From Octopus sinensis (taxonomy: Eukaryota), in the NCBI RefSeq assembly GCF_006345805.1, contig NC_043006.1, forward strand, positions 51,026,001-51,090,000: a DNA stretch of 64,000 bases. The letters are read 5' to 3'. Positions 12,215 through 24,113 of this stretch are shown here, piece by piece. The notes beneath the pieces were generated by a model. It made no database searches. It saw only the letters and a program-made list of their open reading frames with translations, and was not told where the DNA came from. Each line of letters opens with the position of its first letter. Within the stretch, counting starts at the first letter, position 1. A program made the position numbers and the translations under genes.

Positions 12215-13140
12215 TATTGGAAAGTTCGTGCCGATTTATAGTAGCTTACCTTTCGACTTATTTTAGAACATGGTTGAGTCCATAAAGTAGGATTTTACTA
12301 CACCTCCATTTAGAGCACAGTTTAAGCTATCTTTTCGTGGAAGAAGATTTATGTTCCTATAACCTGTATTAAAATCCGTCGTTCAATCGCTACGATGTCT
12401 GGGTACCATATGAGTTGAGTGAGAAGAACCTTTTGAATCGCATTTCCGTCTGTGATTCGCTTTATAAACGGAATGAAAATGCACCTTTTTTAAAGCAAAT
12501 TGTGACAGGTAATGAGAAATGGATTATCTACCGAAATGTTCAGAGAAAGCGATCCTGGAATAAGCGACATGAGCCACCCCCAAAAACAAGCCTTCACCCT
12601 AAAAAAGGTTTGCTTTGTGTCTGGTGGGATTGGAAAGGAATTCTGTACTATGAGCTTCTCCCAAGTAAACAGACTGAGAAATACTGCACACAACTGGACG
12701 AGTTAAAAGCAGCAATTCAAGAGAAACGTCCAGAATTGGCCAACAGGAAGGGTGTTGTTTTCCAACATGATAATGCAAGACCGCACGTTTCTTTGGGAAC
12801 CAGACAAAAATTGCTGCAGCTCGGCTGGGATGTGTTACCCCACCCTCCATATTCACCAGATATTGCTCCTTCGGATTTCCACTTATTCAGGTCTCTGCAG
12901 AATAGTCTTAATGGTAAAAATTTCAATTCCTTGGATGACGTAAAAAGATACCTTGATGAATTGTTTGCCATGAAACCACCTCAATTCTGGAAAGAGGGTA
13001 TTTTCAAGTTAAAGGAAAGATGGAGACGCATTGTGCAACAAAATGGTTCATATTTGGTTGATTAAAAATGTAATAGCAAGTATTTATTGACCTTTTTCTT
13101 TCCTTTAAAAATCGGCACGAACTTTCCGGACAACCAAATA
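12215..13140 (+). mobile_element. Internally deleted mariner (926 bp)
   Basis: TIR core GGAAAGTTCGTGCCGATTT at both ends (left TIR partly deleted), TA termini; N-terminal HTH region missing. Confidence 0.9.
12415..13065 (+). pseudogene. Mariner DD34D transposase catalytic domain, open frame, first Asp mutated to Asn
   Basis: Upstream WVPYEL; IVTGNEKW (normally TGDEKW), HDNARPH, YSPDIAPSDFHLF; similar to Hsmar/SETMAR-type mariners. Confidence 0.9.
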
Positions 13141-15833
13141 GATTTTTATGCTGTACGGGCTGATCGCCGAATGGCTTAATACTGATTCTTGTAATTGTTC
13201 CATTGTTCAGCGCTCATCTCAGGTATGGCTCTTCTGCTTCTCGTCTTTTTTTTTTTTTTTTTTTTTTGTCCAACTCATTTTAAGACGATAGATTGGGATT
13301 TGAAAGACATTTGAATTACCTTGTCTAGATTGTAATGACTTCAATAGTCTCTTCGCGCCTTATTTTAACTTAGTACTCAAATTACCAACTTTGTGGACTG
13401 GTGGCTTGTAAAATTGTCTTGACTAGAAACAGAATAAAATCTTTATAGTAACTACTAATGCGTTTGTGACCCATGCTTGTATTGTTTAGATAACTTATTA
13501 AGATCAGCTACCTTGTCGGTATACAAGATACAGAAATAAGATATGCAAACAAAATAACTTTTTGTGTTCTTATTTATTTATTTTATTTAAAAGAAAACGT
13601 AGCAAATAATTTCGGGGCTGTATTTATTTGGCATGAAATTTAATCTGTTGAAATAATTTGATATGTTGAACAAATTTCGTCGTCCTAGAGTCATGTTTCG
13701 TGATAATGAGGACCAGATATAGACATAAACAAGTTATAAGCTTATGTACCTCCCATTCTATAGGGACTTCTCAATATCTCAGACTATTGTAGCGTATGCT
13801 TAGGAAAAGCGTATTTATGATTATATTAGCTTACATGTCCTTCCTTCTTTTTTTAACTGAAAGATATGATTGGAGAAAGATATCATTGTTATTTCAAGCA
13901 GGTTTACCAACCATGTTAGCCCATTGTACAACGATGTAGAAAATTATTTCAAAAATATTTTGATTACATATTAGCTATTATTTTTAATGAATATAATAAC
14001 TGTCAGGATGATTTTGATAGTTGTTTAATTAAATATAGAATTATTTATGTTGGCAAGGATTACGTTTACCAAACAAAATATTTAGTTCAGTTTTGAATAA
14101 GCAATCATTTTTTTTTAAATCTTTAAAATTATACATACACATATGTATGTGTGCACGAACACACACATACACACACACACCACACACACACACACACAAT
14201 ATTTTCAAAGGGGTTAACTTTGGTTAAAGGGGAACAAAAAAATCTGGAGTTCAAGGAAGCAATGGTCTATGGAAGCAAAATGTGTATAAAATGTTAAATA
14301 TTGATTTTTAAAGTTAAAATGCACAATACCACAGGTTTATAGAATATAGTATACATTACAGGGGATTGATACATATTTCACAGACCACAGAGAAATGTAA
14401 ATTTTATTTTCTATACCAGCCATGACTATACCATCTTATTTCCATGACTACATTTTCCAACACATCCTTCCATTTTTACAATAGTAAAGTGTGGTATGAG
14501 GGGGATTTGGCTGCTATTTTTAGCAGTTTGAACAACCATGCAGAGGTACTAATGGAAATGCTGATCTTCCTCAGAGTACAAGGAGCAGCTAAATCTTACA
14601 GAGACAATTTATCATCAAACTTAATCATATGGCTTTAACATCACCAGACAGCTTTTGGGGAATCTTTAGCAGAATCCAGTCTGCTACATGCATTGAGACC
14701 AGGTCTTCAGCTTGAAGATAACGCATAAGCTGTGATTTATTCCTCTCTTCCCACCACCATAACCAATAATTCTGGAGAATGGTGCATGGAAGTTAACCTC
14801 ATCTCAAGTACTTGGCCTGAATGCTGTCAACAGAGTGGGCATTGCTAAAAGCCTCAATGAACCATGTTATTATATCAAAATTGACAATGCATTATGTGTG
14901 TCATCCAAGGTCAGCCACAGTCCATCCACCCAGTTCACACATGCTTACCATCTTCCTTATTTCACTTAATAAAGATTAGGACAACCTAAGCTTACGACAG
15001 AAGATGCATACCCAAGGGAAACGCGTACTGTGGGAAATAAACCTGGAAGCATGTAACTTATGAAGCAAACTTTTTAACTATAAGGCTCTGCTAGCTCACA
15101 TTCTCTGGTGGCAGCAGAAACCTGTTTGTTTTTCTACATACTAAAATTTTGGTTTTCACCAAGTTTACACTGTTTCTAAGTCTTTCACCAATTCTCTTAT
15201 ATGGACTAGGTCGTCATCATCATCATTGTCATCACCATCACTATTGTTATCATCATCGTTACTGTTATTGTGGTTGATGTTGAATCTAAATGAGCAAATC
15301 TAGGATTAAAGGCTTGGCCTTCAGCTATGAGCATCTCTTAGTCTTCCAAATATTTTATGTTGGACTGTATTGTTCAATATGAGATTCCTCTTTTGAGAAG
15401 GTTGGGTGTATTTGAGACATATTTCGCTGATATTCCTAGAAGGTAGACTGACCATATAAAAGGCCCTATACACACAACACTCAACAACAACAGCAACAAT
15501 AACACGTGCACACACATACACACACACAAACACAGAACACACACAAACACATACACCAAACAAACACACACACACACACACGGTATAGACATTTTTATTC
15601 TGGATAATTTCATTATTGAAAAAGTTGATGGAATGGACAATACTCCTCCCAAATGTATTTGTGGCCTTGTACCAATGAAAGAAATCATTATTATACATAC
15701 AGGATGGATCCAGGTGTTACCTGAGTTTATTGTAAGACAGACCTACTATATTCTTTGAGTAGCTAGTCTTCTGCCTGTCTATGGGGGAGGAAGTTATGCA
15801 ATGAACATAGTTTATTTTTATCTCCCAGGTGGG

Positions 15834-15979
15834 AGATGGGCTGAATCCTGGAAGCACTGCTATACCAGGCCAACCCATGGCAAAGGCGGAGCAAGCCCCT
15901 AACTCTTTGCCTCATTCTAAAAATCAGTTTGATATCGATGGCCCCAAATAGGGACCATATCAGATATTAAGCTGATAAG
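15834..15979 (-). pseudogene. U2: U2 snRNA 3' fragment (nt 46 to end), 5'-truncated
   Basis: Reverse complement CTTATCAGCTTAATATCTGATA...AAACTGATTTTTAGA (Sm site region)...TAGGGGCTTGCTCCGCC...CCTGGTATAGCAGTGCTTCCAGGATTCAGCCCATC, collinear with U2 stems IIa-IV. Confidence 0.92.
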
Positions 15980-16147
15980 TTAAAGGCTTAAGGACAGATG
16001 GTAGATGTAGCTAAAGGATAAGAGGGCAGAGCTTTTTCTCTTTGGTCAGCCCTAATTCTTGTCAATCAGGTGAGGGTGGAGTGAAGGGTGCTGCTTTCTA
16101 GTATGTTTTTACAAAAGCTGAATGTGTTTCAAACAAAAAAATCTTGC

Positions 16148-16153
16148 TTTATT
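16148..16153 (-). promoter_or_regulatory. Candidate BBS5 polyadenylation signal AATAAA
   Basis: First minus-strand AATAAA I noticed downstream of the stop (about 415 nt); not validated. Confidence 0.3.
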
Positions 16154-16566
16154 TGGACATGGTTTTTTACATTCTAAGTTCAAACCTTACAGAGGTTAAC
16201 TGTATTTTTTTTTCCTCTGGGACCAATGAAATAAAGTGTCAGTCAAATACTTGGGTTGGTTTTCTTCATCTAATCCCCACCTCCTTTCATTTGAAACCTA
16301 TGTTTGTGTTAAAAATAATTATTCTAGAGTAGCAGATTGGCAAGTATTTGCTATGATATTTTACATTCTGAGTTCAAATTCAATTGAGATCAACTGTACC
16401 TTTCATCCTTCTGTAGACATGGAATAAAGTACCAATCAAGTACGGGGGGGGGGGGGTCAATATAAATCAGGTATTTCTCTCCCCTTAAAGTTTCAGACCT
16501 TATGCCTACATCAATAACAATTATTCTTGTTGTCATTTGGAAGACGTTTATGTGTTTCCTCGACAC

Positions 16567-16695
16567 TCAACAAGATGGAACATTCCATAAGTCTTGTAGA
16601 GTGAGACCAGATGGTAGTTTCTCCATAGCCAATCCAAGATGATCACAAAATTCCAGCTCACGACCTTGCATCTTGGTTCCGTCAGAAAGATAAGC
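16567..16695 (-). CDS. BBS5: BBS5 exon 12 (terminal)
   Basis: TTTACAG|AYLSDGTKMQGRELEFCDHLGLAMEKLPSGLTLQDLWNVPSC*; matches the BBS5 C-terminus AYFADG...LGLAIEKL..GFTLQ.LW. Confidence 0.95.
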   Translation of the reverse strand, partial: AYLSDGTKMQGRELEFCDHLGLAMEKLPSGLTLQDLWNVPSC

Positions 16696-16849
16696 CTGTA
16701 AATACATTAAAACAAATAAGATAAATAATAATAATATTCTGAAATACACTTCTGTGTACCATACTTAATGTATGTACACCAATGAAAGGCATGATGTAGC
16801 AGTTTTTGTCTGAGAGAAAATGTCTTCATAGACTTGTGTCTCTACAGTG

Positions 16850-17109
16850 TAGATGGTGATGGTAGTGGTGGTGGTGGTGGAGGTGTTGGTGGCAGTGGAG
16901 GTAACAATGAACATAGGTGTGGCAGCAGCTGTAGCAAAAGTGGCAGCTGCAACAAGGGTGGCAGCTGCAGCGGAGGGAGCAATGGCAATGGAGGCGGCGG
17001 TGGCAACAGCAGTGGCAGTGATGGTGCAGAGGGTTAAGGGATGCAATGAAGACAACAGTTTTAGCAGTGGTGGTGTGATGGCTGCAGGGTGGTGGTGGTG
17101 GCGGTATTG

Positions 17110-17150
<41 letters not shown>

Positions 17151-17165
17151 TGATGTTGTTGTTGT
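16850..17165. repeat. Degenerate GGT/GCA/TAG/GTT trinucleotide array
   Basis: Runs of GGT, GCA and (TAG)n in the last BBS5 intron. Confidence 0.8.
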
Positions 17166-17544
17166 TTAGAATTAGATCAGCCCTGATCAAGCAGGACCAT
17201 GGGGTCAAAGGCATTCTAGTTATGTCCATCCCATCTTTTTCCTCACATACAGGGAACCTAGAATTATGTTACCCATGTGTCTTTTCTTAAGACATTTATG
17301 TCCGCTTTGGAGAATATTTGACTGCTGTTTTGAGCAAGTTGAGTAACCAGGTAGAGATATCTTTGCAAGCTGTAATGTAACAGTGTTGTTGTGTTGTAGT
17401 AGCAGCTGAGGTTGGAGTGACAATTGGTGACAAGCAGAGTAAAAAGTTTTGCCTCATAGACTGATTGTTGGATCACCCAGCACAAATACTTCAACAAGGT
17501 TTGAACTTTTCTCTCTCAGCTTTGTAAATCAGGAGGCAACAACA

Positions 17545-17945
17545 TTATCATCATCATCATCATTTAACGTCCGCTTTCCATGCTAGCATGTGTTGGATGA
17601 TTTGACTGAGGACTGGCGAACCAGATGGCTGCACCAGGCTCCAATCTTACCTGGCAGAGTTTCTACAACTGGATGCCCTTCATAACAACAACCACTCCAA
17701 GACTGTAGTGGGTACTTTTACGTGCCACCGGCAAGAGAGCCAGTCAGGTAGTACTGGCAACAGCCATGCTCAAATGGTGTTTTTTGCATGCCACCTGCAC
17801 AGGAGTCAGTCCAGCAGCACTGGCAACAACCTCACTCAACTGGTTTTTCACGTGCCACCAGCACAAGTGCCAGTAAGTTGACGCTGGTAATGATCACACC
17901 CGAATGGTGCTTTATACGTGTCACCGGCACGGAAGCCAAACAACT
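17545..17945 (-). mobile_element. Repeat with (GAT)n tail and TTTACGTGCCACCGGCAC subrepeats, probably a LINE 3' end or derived SINE
   Basis: Same sequence at about 34045-34215 (-), 34560-34772 (+) and 35620-35915 (+). Confidence 0.7.
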
Positions 17946-18241
17946 AATGAGGAATAATGTGGTTACAGAAACTACTAGAAATAGCAACAAAATTTGCCTC
18001 AGATAACAACTACCATCTTAAAAGAAGGACACATTAATCAATGCAGCTCTAGAACTCCCACAGTAAGGATAACCATAGGTGAAATGCCTTCATCGTTGGT
18101 TCACGCAATCAAAGCTGGCCTGAAACTAAACAACAATAGAGTTTGAAGTTCTAACATTGTGATCAGGTATCTAAAGTGCTCAGCCACACAGTTATATGTG
18201 GCTCTCCACTTGGTTGTATGATAATCTCAAAGCTCACGTAC

Positions 18242-18322
18242 AGCAAAGGCATCCAGAGGCTCCTCTTTCTGATAGTATTCAATAATTTCAAGTATTTCAT
18301 CTTTTAGTTCTGTTTTAGAAAC
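18242..18322 (-). CDS. BBS5: BBS5 exon 11
   Basis: TTTTGCCAG|VSKTELKDEILEIIEYYQKEEPLDAFA|GTACGT, 81 nt, phase 0/0. Confidence 0.9.
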
Positions 18323-19618
18323 CTGGCAAAAGAAATTTTATTGCAAAATTCAGAACAATTAAAAATATATATCAGTACAGTCATGCAGTGTCTGAGAAGT
18401 CAGTGGTTCAAAACCTGATATATAGACAGACATTATACTGTGTCCTTGTGACAAGTAAGTTGAGAGTGCAGAGTGGATGAGTAACAGGATCAGCCATCTC
18501 AAAGGAGTGCAGGCCATTATGGTAGCAGTAGAAAAAGTAGCGAGACGAGACAGTATGCCTGCAGATTAGAGGCTAGAGCAAATCTGAGAGAGCTTTTATG
18601 CCAATCAGTCAAGTAACCATCTTCTGAATGCCAAAACAAGTAAACTTTCTCTAGGTATCGGTTGAATATCCTTCCTCTGGATATCAGTTGAGTGGCTTTT
18701 CTCAGATATCAGTCAAGTAGTTTCTCGTAAGAACAGTGCATGCATCTGTTATCGTGGTAACAGAGATGGAAGCGAAGAGAGACTAATCTTCACATGATTA
18801 GGTTACCAGTTTATCACTGGTAACATTTCATGATTATCTGATGCCCCTTCTCTGGCAGCTAGACATTAACCTACAGATATCCAAGTTGAACATTAGCCGT
18901 GTTAATCTCACCAGCCTAGGAAAAACCCTTAACCCTTTAGCATTTATACTGACCATGTCCAGCCCACATATTCGACCTGTTTTATGTTCAAACTGGCCAG
19001 ATCTAACTTCTCACACCTATCCTATAATGTTATTCTAAAAATGAAACAATCATATCATCAAAATGTCAAAGCTATGAGATAATGCATTATTAATTCCAAA
19101 TAATGTGAATAGATAAGCATTACATGTGACAGAGTAATCTGAATACCAAAGGGTTACTGATCACTGACACTGAACATCTTCCTTTGATTGGCCCATATAT
19201 AAAAAAATAAATAAATAAAATGATATCAAATGATGGCTTTTCTATATTTTCCATTTTGCCTCATTCTAAATGACACTTTTAGGAATGGAATACTCAAAAG
19301 GCATGACAGTTAATACTTTCAAGATGAAGACTAGAGATGCTTCAACATAAAAAGATGAAATACAAAAAGAATAGTATAGTAAAAAAAAAATAAAAAACCT
19401 AGATTTCAATAAATAAAGAAAGAAAAAATATCCTTGAAGGAAGCAAACTAACATTTTCTTCTTTCTAACACAAAAATAGTGAAACTATAGATCAGGTTTA
19501 GCATTTGACAAAGGAATTTATTGGGTTAATTGGACCTTTTTTTTAGATATAACTAAAGCTTCTTTACTGAAGAAGATGAAACCATTTTGTGCGATAAATA
19601 AAGGTTAAAAGTATTATT

Positions 19619-19860
19619 GTGGAGGTGCAATGGCCCAGTGGTTAGGGCAGCAGACTCGCGGTCAGAGGATCGCGGTTTCGATTCCCACACCAGGTGTGGT
19701 GTGTGTTTATTGAGCAAAAACACCTAAAGCTCCGCGAGGATCCAGCAGGGTGTGGGGGCAACCCCTGTTGTACTCTTTCACCCCAACTTTCTCTCACTCT
19801 TTCTTCCTGTTCCTTGGGTAACGCTGCAATGGGCTGGCATCCCATCCAGCTGGGTGGCAC
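19619..19860 (+). mobile_element. tRNA-derived SINE, head R + tail Y
   Basis: Head TGGAGGTGCAATGGCCCAGTGGTTAGGGCAGC...GGTTTCGATTCC (A and B boxes). Confidence 0.8.
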
Positions 19861-20350
19861 ATGGACAGCAATTTTCAGGGCAAGCCAGTTACATCAATTT
19901 CAGTATTTACTGATACTTTATTTTATCAACGTTAGAGGGATGAAAGGCAAAGTTGACTTTGGCAGGATTTGAAATCAGAACATAATGAGCTGGAAGAAAT
20001 GCTACAAAGCATTTTGCTCTTAGCAACATTTTTTCTGATTCATTATGTTCTGAGTTCAAGGTCACCTTTACCTTTCATCCCTCCAGGATCAATAAAATAA
20101 AGTACCAATCAAGTACTAGAGTAGATGTAAGCAGCTAACATCCCCACCCCAAATTTCAGGCCATGTGACTATAATAAAAAAGCAAAAAAAATTCAATATT
20201 AAACCATAGACAAAGCAAAGTATAGATATATTCTTGAAGAGATCAGCCCTTATTTCTTTCTCTGTCAAAACATGATGGGTCAATAACAGAAGCCAGAATG
20301 TTTATAAGTATTTAAATATTACATTTTTAAAGAGAGGAAATTAATATTAC

Positions 20351-20485
20351 CTTTGAATTAATTTTGCAGTGAACACCAAAATCTGGCTTAATTTTTGAGG
20401 CTTGGAAAAGACTATCTAACACTTTAGCAACTTGTTTCAATTTTTCCTGAGGGTCCACTCTAAAGCCTAGCAGGTATCCACCACT
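20351..20485 (-). CDS. BBS5: BBS5 exon 10
   Basis: TTGTAG|SGGYLLGFRVDPQEKLKQVAKVLDSLFQASKIKPDFGVHCKINSK|GTAATA, 135 nt. Confidence 0.95.
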
Positions 20486-20624
20486 CTACAATTGAAAGAA
20501 ACAAATTACATTCTAAAGGAACACAGAAGATATATGTATATATATATTCAAAATGTGACTGCGTGTGTACCGTTGGCGATTTTATTCCTCCGTCTTCCCT
20601 TCTTTGGATCTTTCCTTTTCCTAT

Positions 20625-20659
20625 GTTTCTGACGAAGAGCTCTGCTCGAAACGTTAAAC
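20625..20659 (+). ncRNA. Minimal type I hammerhead ribozyme motif (intact)
   Basis: GTTT-CTGACGA-A-GAGC(TCT)GCTC-GAAA-CG-TT-AAAC: stem I GTTT/AAAC, core CUGACGA/GAAA, stem II, palindromic stem III, GUU site. Confidence 0.75.
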
Positions 20660-20736
20660 CCTCCTTCTTTCCTGAGTGTCCAATAACACTATACTTGTTC
20701 CACATCCTCACGTTGTGTTTTCATGTTTGGATTAAC

Positions 20737-20767
<31 letters not shown>

Positions 20768-20789
20768 TATTATTATTATTATTATTATT

Positions 20790-21730
20790 GGTGGGGAAGA
20801 GCAACAACGTTCTTGGGGAAACTGTGGGCACTGACAAGAATGAACTGGATAGTCTGTTCTGGAAAACTTTCCAGCTGAAAACTATCGTGAATTTCCAGAT
20901 TTCTTTGGCCTGGCAGTGCTACAGGATAGGAGGTGGGGGTGCTACCAGTTTGAGATAAACTCTACAGGCATGGATGAGCTGTCAGACGGGCTTGTCCAAG
21001 GTGCACGAAAAGTGATGAAGCCGTTCTACACGCCCTCGTTCAGTGTCCAGATATTTCTGGCTTGTGGGGTTATGTAGAACAAGTGTTGTTATGTGTGAGA
21101 CGGATCCATCTGTTGGCCAAGTCTGCAGTGATGATTGCCCTGCCACCCTCCTTCAATCGGGCAGGAAAGGCAGTTTTCCTTTGCCTGGTGGCTGTGGCGA
21201 AAGAGATTGTTTGGTGGACAAGGCTGAAAGACCTGAGGACAGATACATTCCTCTTTGATAGAGCTCCCACTGACTTCTTCAAGTTTCACTTGAAAAGGAA
21301 ATTGAGAGTGAAGAGGGAAGCGCTGTCCTCGAGTGAGTGAAAGGTGAGTGAAAGTTGCAAAAATGGCAAGAGTGGATGGTACTTCTCTAAGTGTAGACCT
21401 GTGGGTTAGTGAGAAGGAATTACAGAGGGCACTTGTTCTTGGGGGCTTCAGGGAAATCTCCTGTGTCAGGAGGGCCACATCTCTATCATCCTCCCCGCCC
21501 CTTTTTTTATTTTTTTTAAACCTTTGTATGCCATGCATATGTCCCTTCTTTTTCAGTGTGTACCGTGTATACTTTCTTTCTTTCTTTTTTTAATTTAATT
21601 TTATTTTTATTTATTTATTTATTTATTATTTATTATCATTTCATTATATGTAAACCCCACACTTTATGTCTTGTCTTTGTATTGTCCCCCTCATCCTTCG
21701 CCCTTGTGGCAAATAAAATCATTATTATCA
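20790..21730 (+). mobile_element. Tx1/L1-clade LINE 3' end
   Basis: CCHC knuckle RACPRCTKSDEAVLHALVQCPD, then LWGYVEQVL...KEIVWWTRLK...FHLKRKLRV; 3' UTR ending AATAAA and an (AAC)n tail. Confidence 0.85.
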
Positions 21731-22376
21731 TTAACAACAACAACAACAACAACAACAACAAGAATCTTATAATAATTCTGCTTCTTCTTCCATTACTTGG
21801 CCCATCTGTAATGCTTCCTTGTGGTTAGCTGAAATGGTAAGAGGGGAGAGAGAGAGGAGGGAAGACAAGTAGGAGATGGGGAGAACAGGTATGGGGACGG
21901 GAGGGAGAGGAGAGAGATGAGGAGGTGATGACAGATAGGGGGGAGATGGAGAGAGGTGTTAGTGAGTGAAATGTGTATTTTTTTTTTTAACAAAGTTTAT
22001 TTTTCTCTCTCTAGTCCATCTGTAACACTTTCACATGATTAGTTGAAGGGAAGGGCAAAGAGTGAAAGGAAAAGGAGTGAGAAAAAGAGTGTAGGCAAAG
22101 AGTGAGAGAGAAAGAGGGAGAGTGCTGTGTATTAAGTCAATAAAATTGTGCTTAAAGTATATAAAGTGTATATATAAAGTGCATTAAGCAAGCACCATAT
22201 TCTAATTTTCTTCACTTTTCAGTGATTAGCAGATGAGCAACTATCTTGATATAGACACAACTCAGGCTATGCTTTTATTTTTTCTGGACAAAGTTTTCAG
22301 AAATAACCCAATAAGTTTACCGTTAATTCCATAGGATATTCACGGGTCCCACTAGTAGTAATAATAATAATAATAA

Positions 22377-22414
<38 letters not shown>

Positions 22415-23439
22415 CAGTTTTATTCAGCCCCATGCGACTTGAAGTTTTGCAGGCTACTTACAGAAACCTAGCTCATCTGGGTCAGTTAATTGAATGGACA
22501 GATGCAGGACATCCAAGATAACTACCAGACATTGGGATGCTATTGGTCAAAGCAGGTCACATGGTGCTGTTAGAAGTAAGATCAACTTTCCAGTCATGCC
22601 ACATGCATTAAAAAGAACTTCTTGGGTCATGTGGCTGGACAGGAAGCTGGTGGCTCTTTGCTGTCTGGCCAGTCTTTGAAGGAATTGAGGGTGAGGGTGT
22701 ATGGGTGTATGTGTGTATACCAGATGTATGACTGCATAGATGTGTCTATCTGATACCTATGTGTGTGTATCTGCTATGCATGTAGTGGCAAGCATGCATA
22801 TGTGTAAGCTAACATGTGGGTGAGAGTTGATGGCATCAGCTCATTGGTGCATATGTGCTTGTTTGCTAGGACGTGTGTATGTATGGGTATGGGTATGGGT
22901 ATTCGCATGCACAAATATGTAGCTGTATGTGTCACCTATTTTTCCTTGTTGGAATGAGTCAGATGGAATTTCTTGAAACAGATTTTCTAAAGCCTTTTAT
23001 GTCACCGAACTTCTGGCAATAGTTTTCCATAGCTGTCCATGTTTTTCACAGAACATTGAAAATGAACAACCTTACCAATATGAGGTTGTAGAGACAACTG
23101 GTGACCAGCAGAGTAATAAATCTTGCCTCATAGACTGATAGTTGTATCACCCAGTACAAATGCTTCTAACAAGGTTCAAATCATTCTCTCTCAGCTTAGT
23201 AAATGAGAGGACAACAGCCAACAAGGAATAATGTGCTCAGCTACAACTATCACACAATGTCTAGACAAAGGTTCATACACATGTACACACACATACATAC
23301 TATGGCTTCTTTATTTATTTATTTAGACAGCTATACATACAGATAGACAGATAAAGTGACTGAGGTAGTCAGAGTGAGTAATAGGGTAGTTAAGCTAAGA
23401 CAAGTCTTGGATAAATCAAGGGTTAAATTTATCTCTACC

Positions 23440-23915
23440 TATGCTACACAATCTGGGTTGGTGGATGAACAGAAGGATCAATTCTACAAAGTTCTTTGAC
23501 AGTCTGCCTTGAAGATGACAGTGATTTCATCAACATGGCTGTTGACTTCAATGGATATGTTGGGCCATATCCTGATGAATTCCAAAGGTGCATGAAGGTT
23601 ACAACTTTGGCTCTCTTTGGTACTAGAAATGAAGAGGGAACAAAACTGCTAGCATTCTGTAATGCAAATGACTTGATGACCTCCAACACTAACTTCAGGA
23701 AGCCAGCCAGTCACCTAATCCCCTATCAGTCTGGTGGGCACATAAGCCAGATTGACTAATTTCTCACCAGAAAATGGGAAAGACAGAGGCTTGCAAAATG
23801 CAGTCTTTTCCAAGTGACTTCAGATTTAGAACTAGAAGGGCTCAGAGAAACAAACTAGTCTGGAAAAGGAAGATACAGAAGCTCAAAGATGCAGCAAAGA
23901 GTCAGAAATTCAGAG
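23440..23915 (+). mobile_element. LINE apurinic endonuclease fragment (RTE-like)
   Basis: VDFNGYVG...FGTRNEEGTKLLAFCNANDLMTSNTNFRK...SGGHISQID. Confidence 0.8.
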
Positions 23916-23977
23916 AAATTCTAATATATTTGTTTCTCCTCCACCACCTCCTCCTCCATCAATAAACACCTACATAC

Positions 23978-24040
23978 CAGTTCAGATACTGCAATACTCA
24001 ATGCTAGACCATACTTTGATTGCTGGATTTTCACAAACTC
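23978..24040 (-). CDS. BBS5: BBS5 exon 9
   Basis: TATTTTAG|EFVKIQQSKYGLALSIAVSEL|GTATGT, 63 nt; matches SKFGLALVI. Confidence 0.93.
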
Positions 24041-24065
24041 CTAAAATAGAACAACAGTAAAGATT

Positions 24066-24113
<48 letters not shown>

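Noticed and set aside
15834-15979. Functional U2 snRNA gene
   Set aside because: It lacks nt 1-45 (U6-pairing and branch-recognition regions) and the Sm site reads ATTTTTAG; treated as a pseudogene fragment.
16765-17229. Ala/Val/Gly-rich ORFs
   Set aside because: Intronic trinucleotide low-complexity sequence with no splice context.
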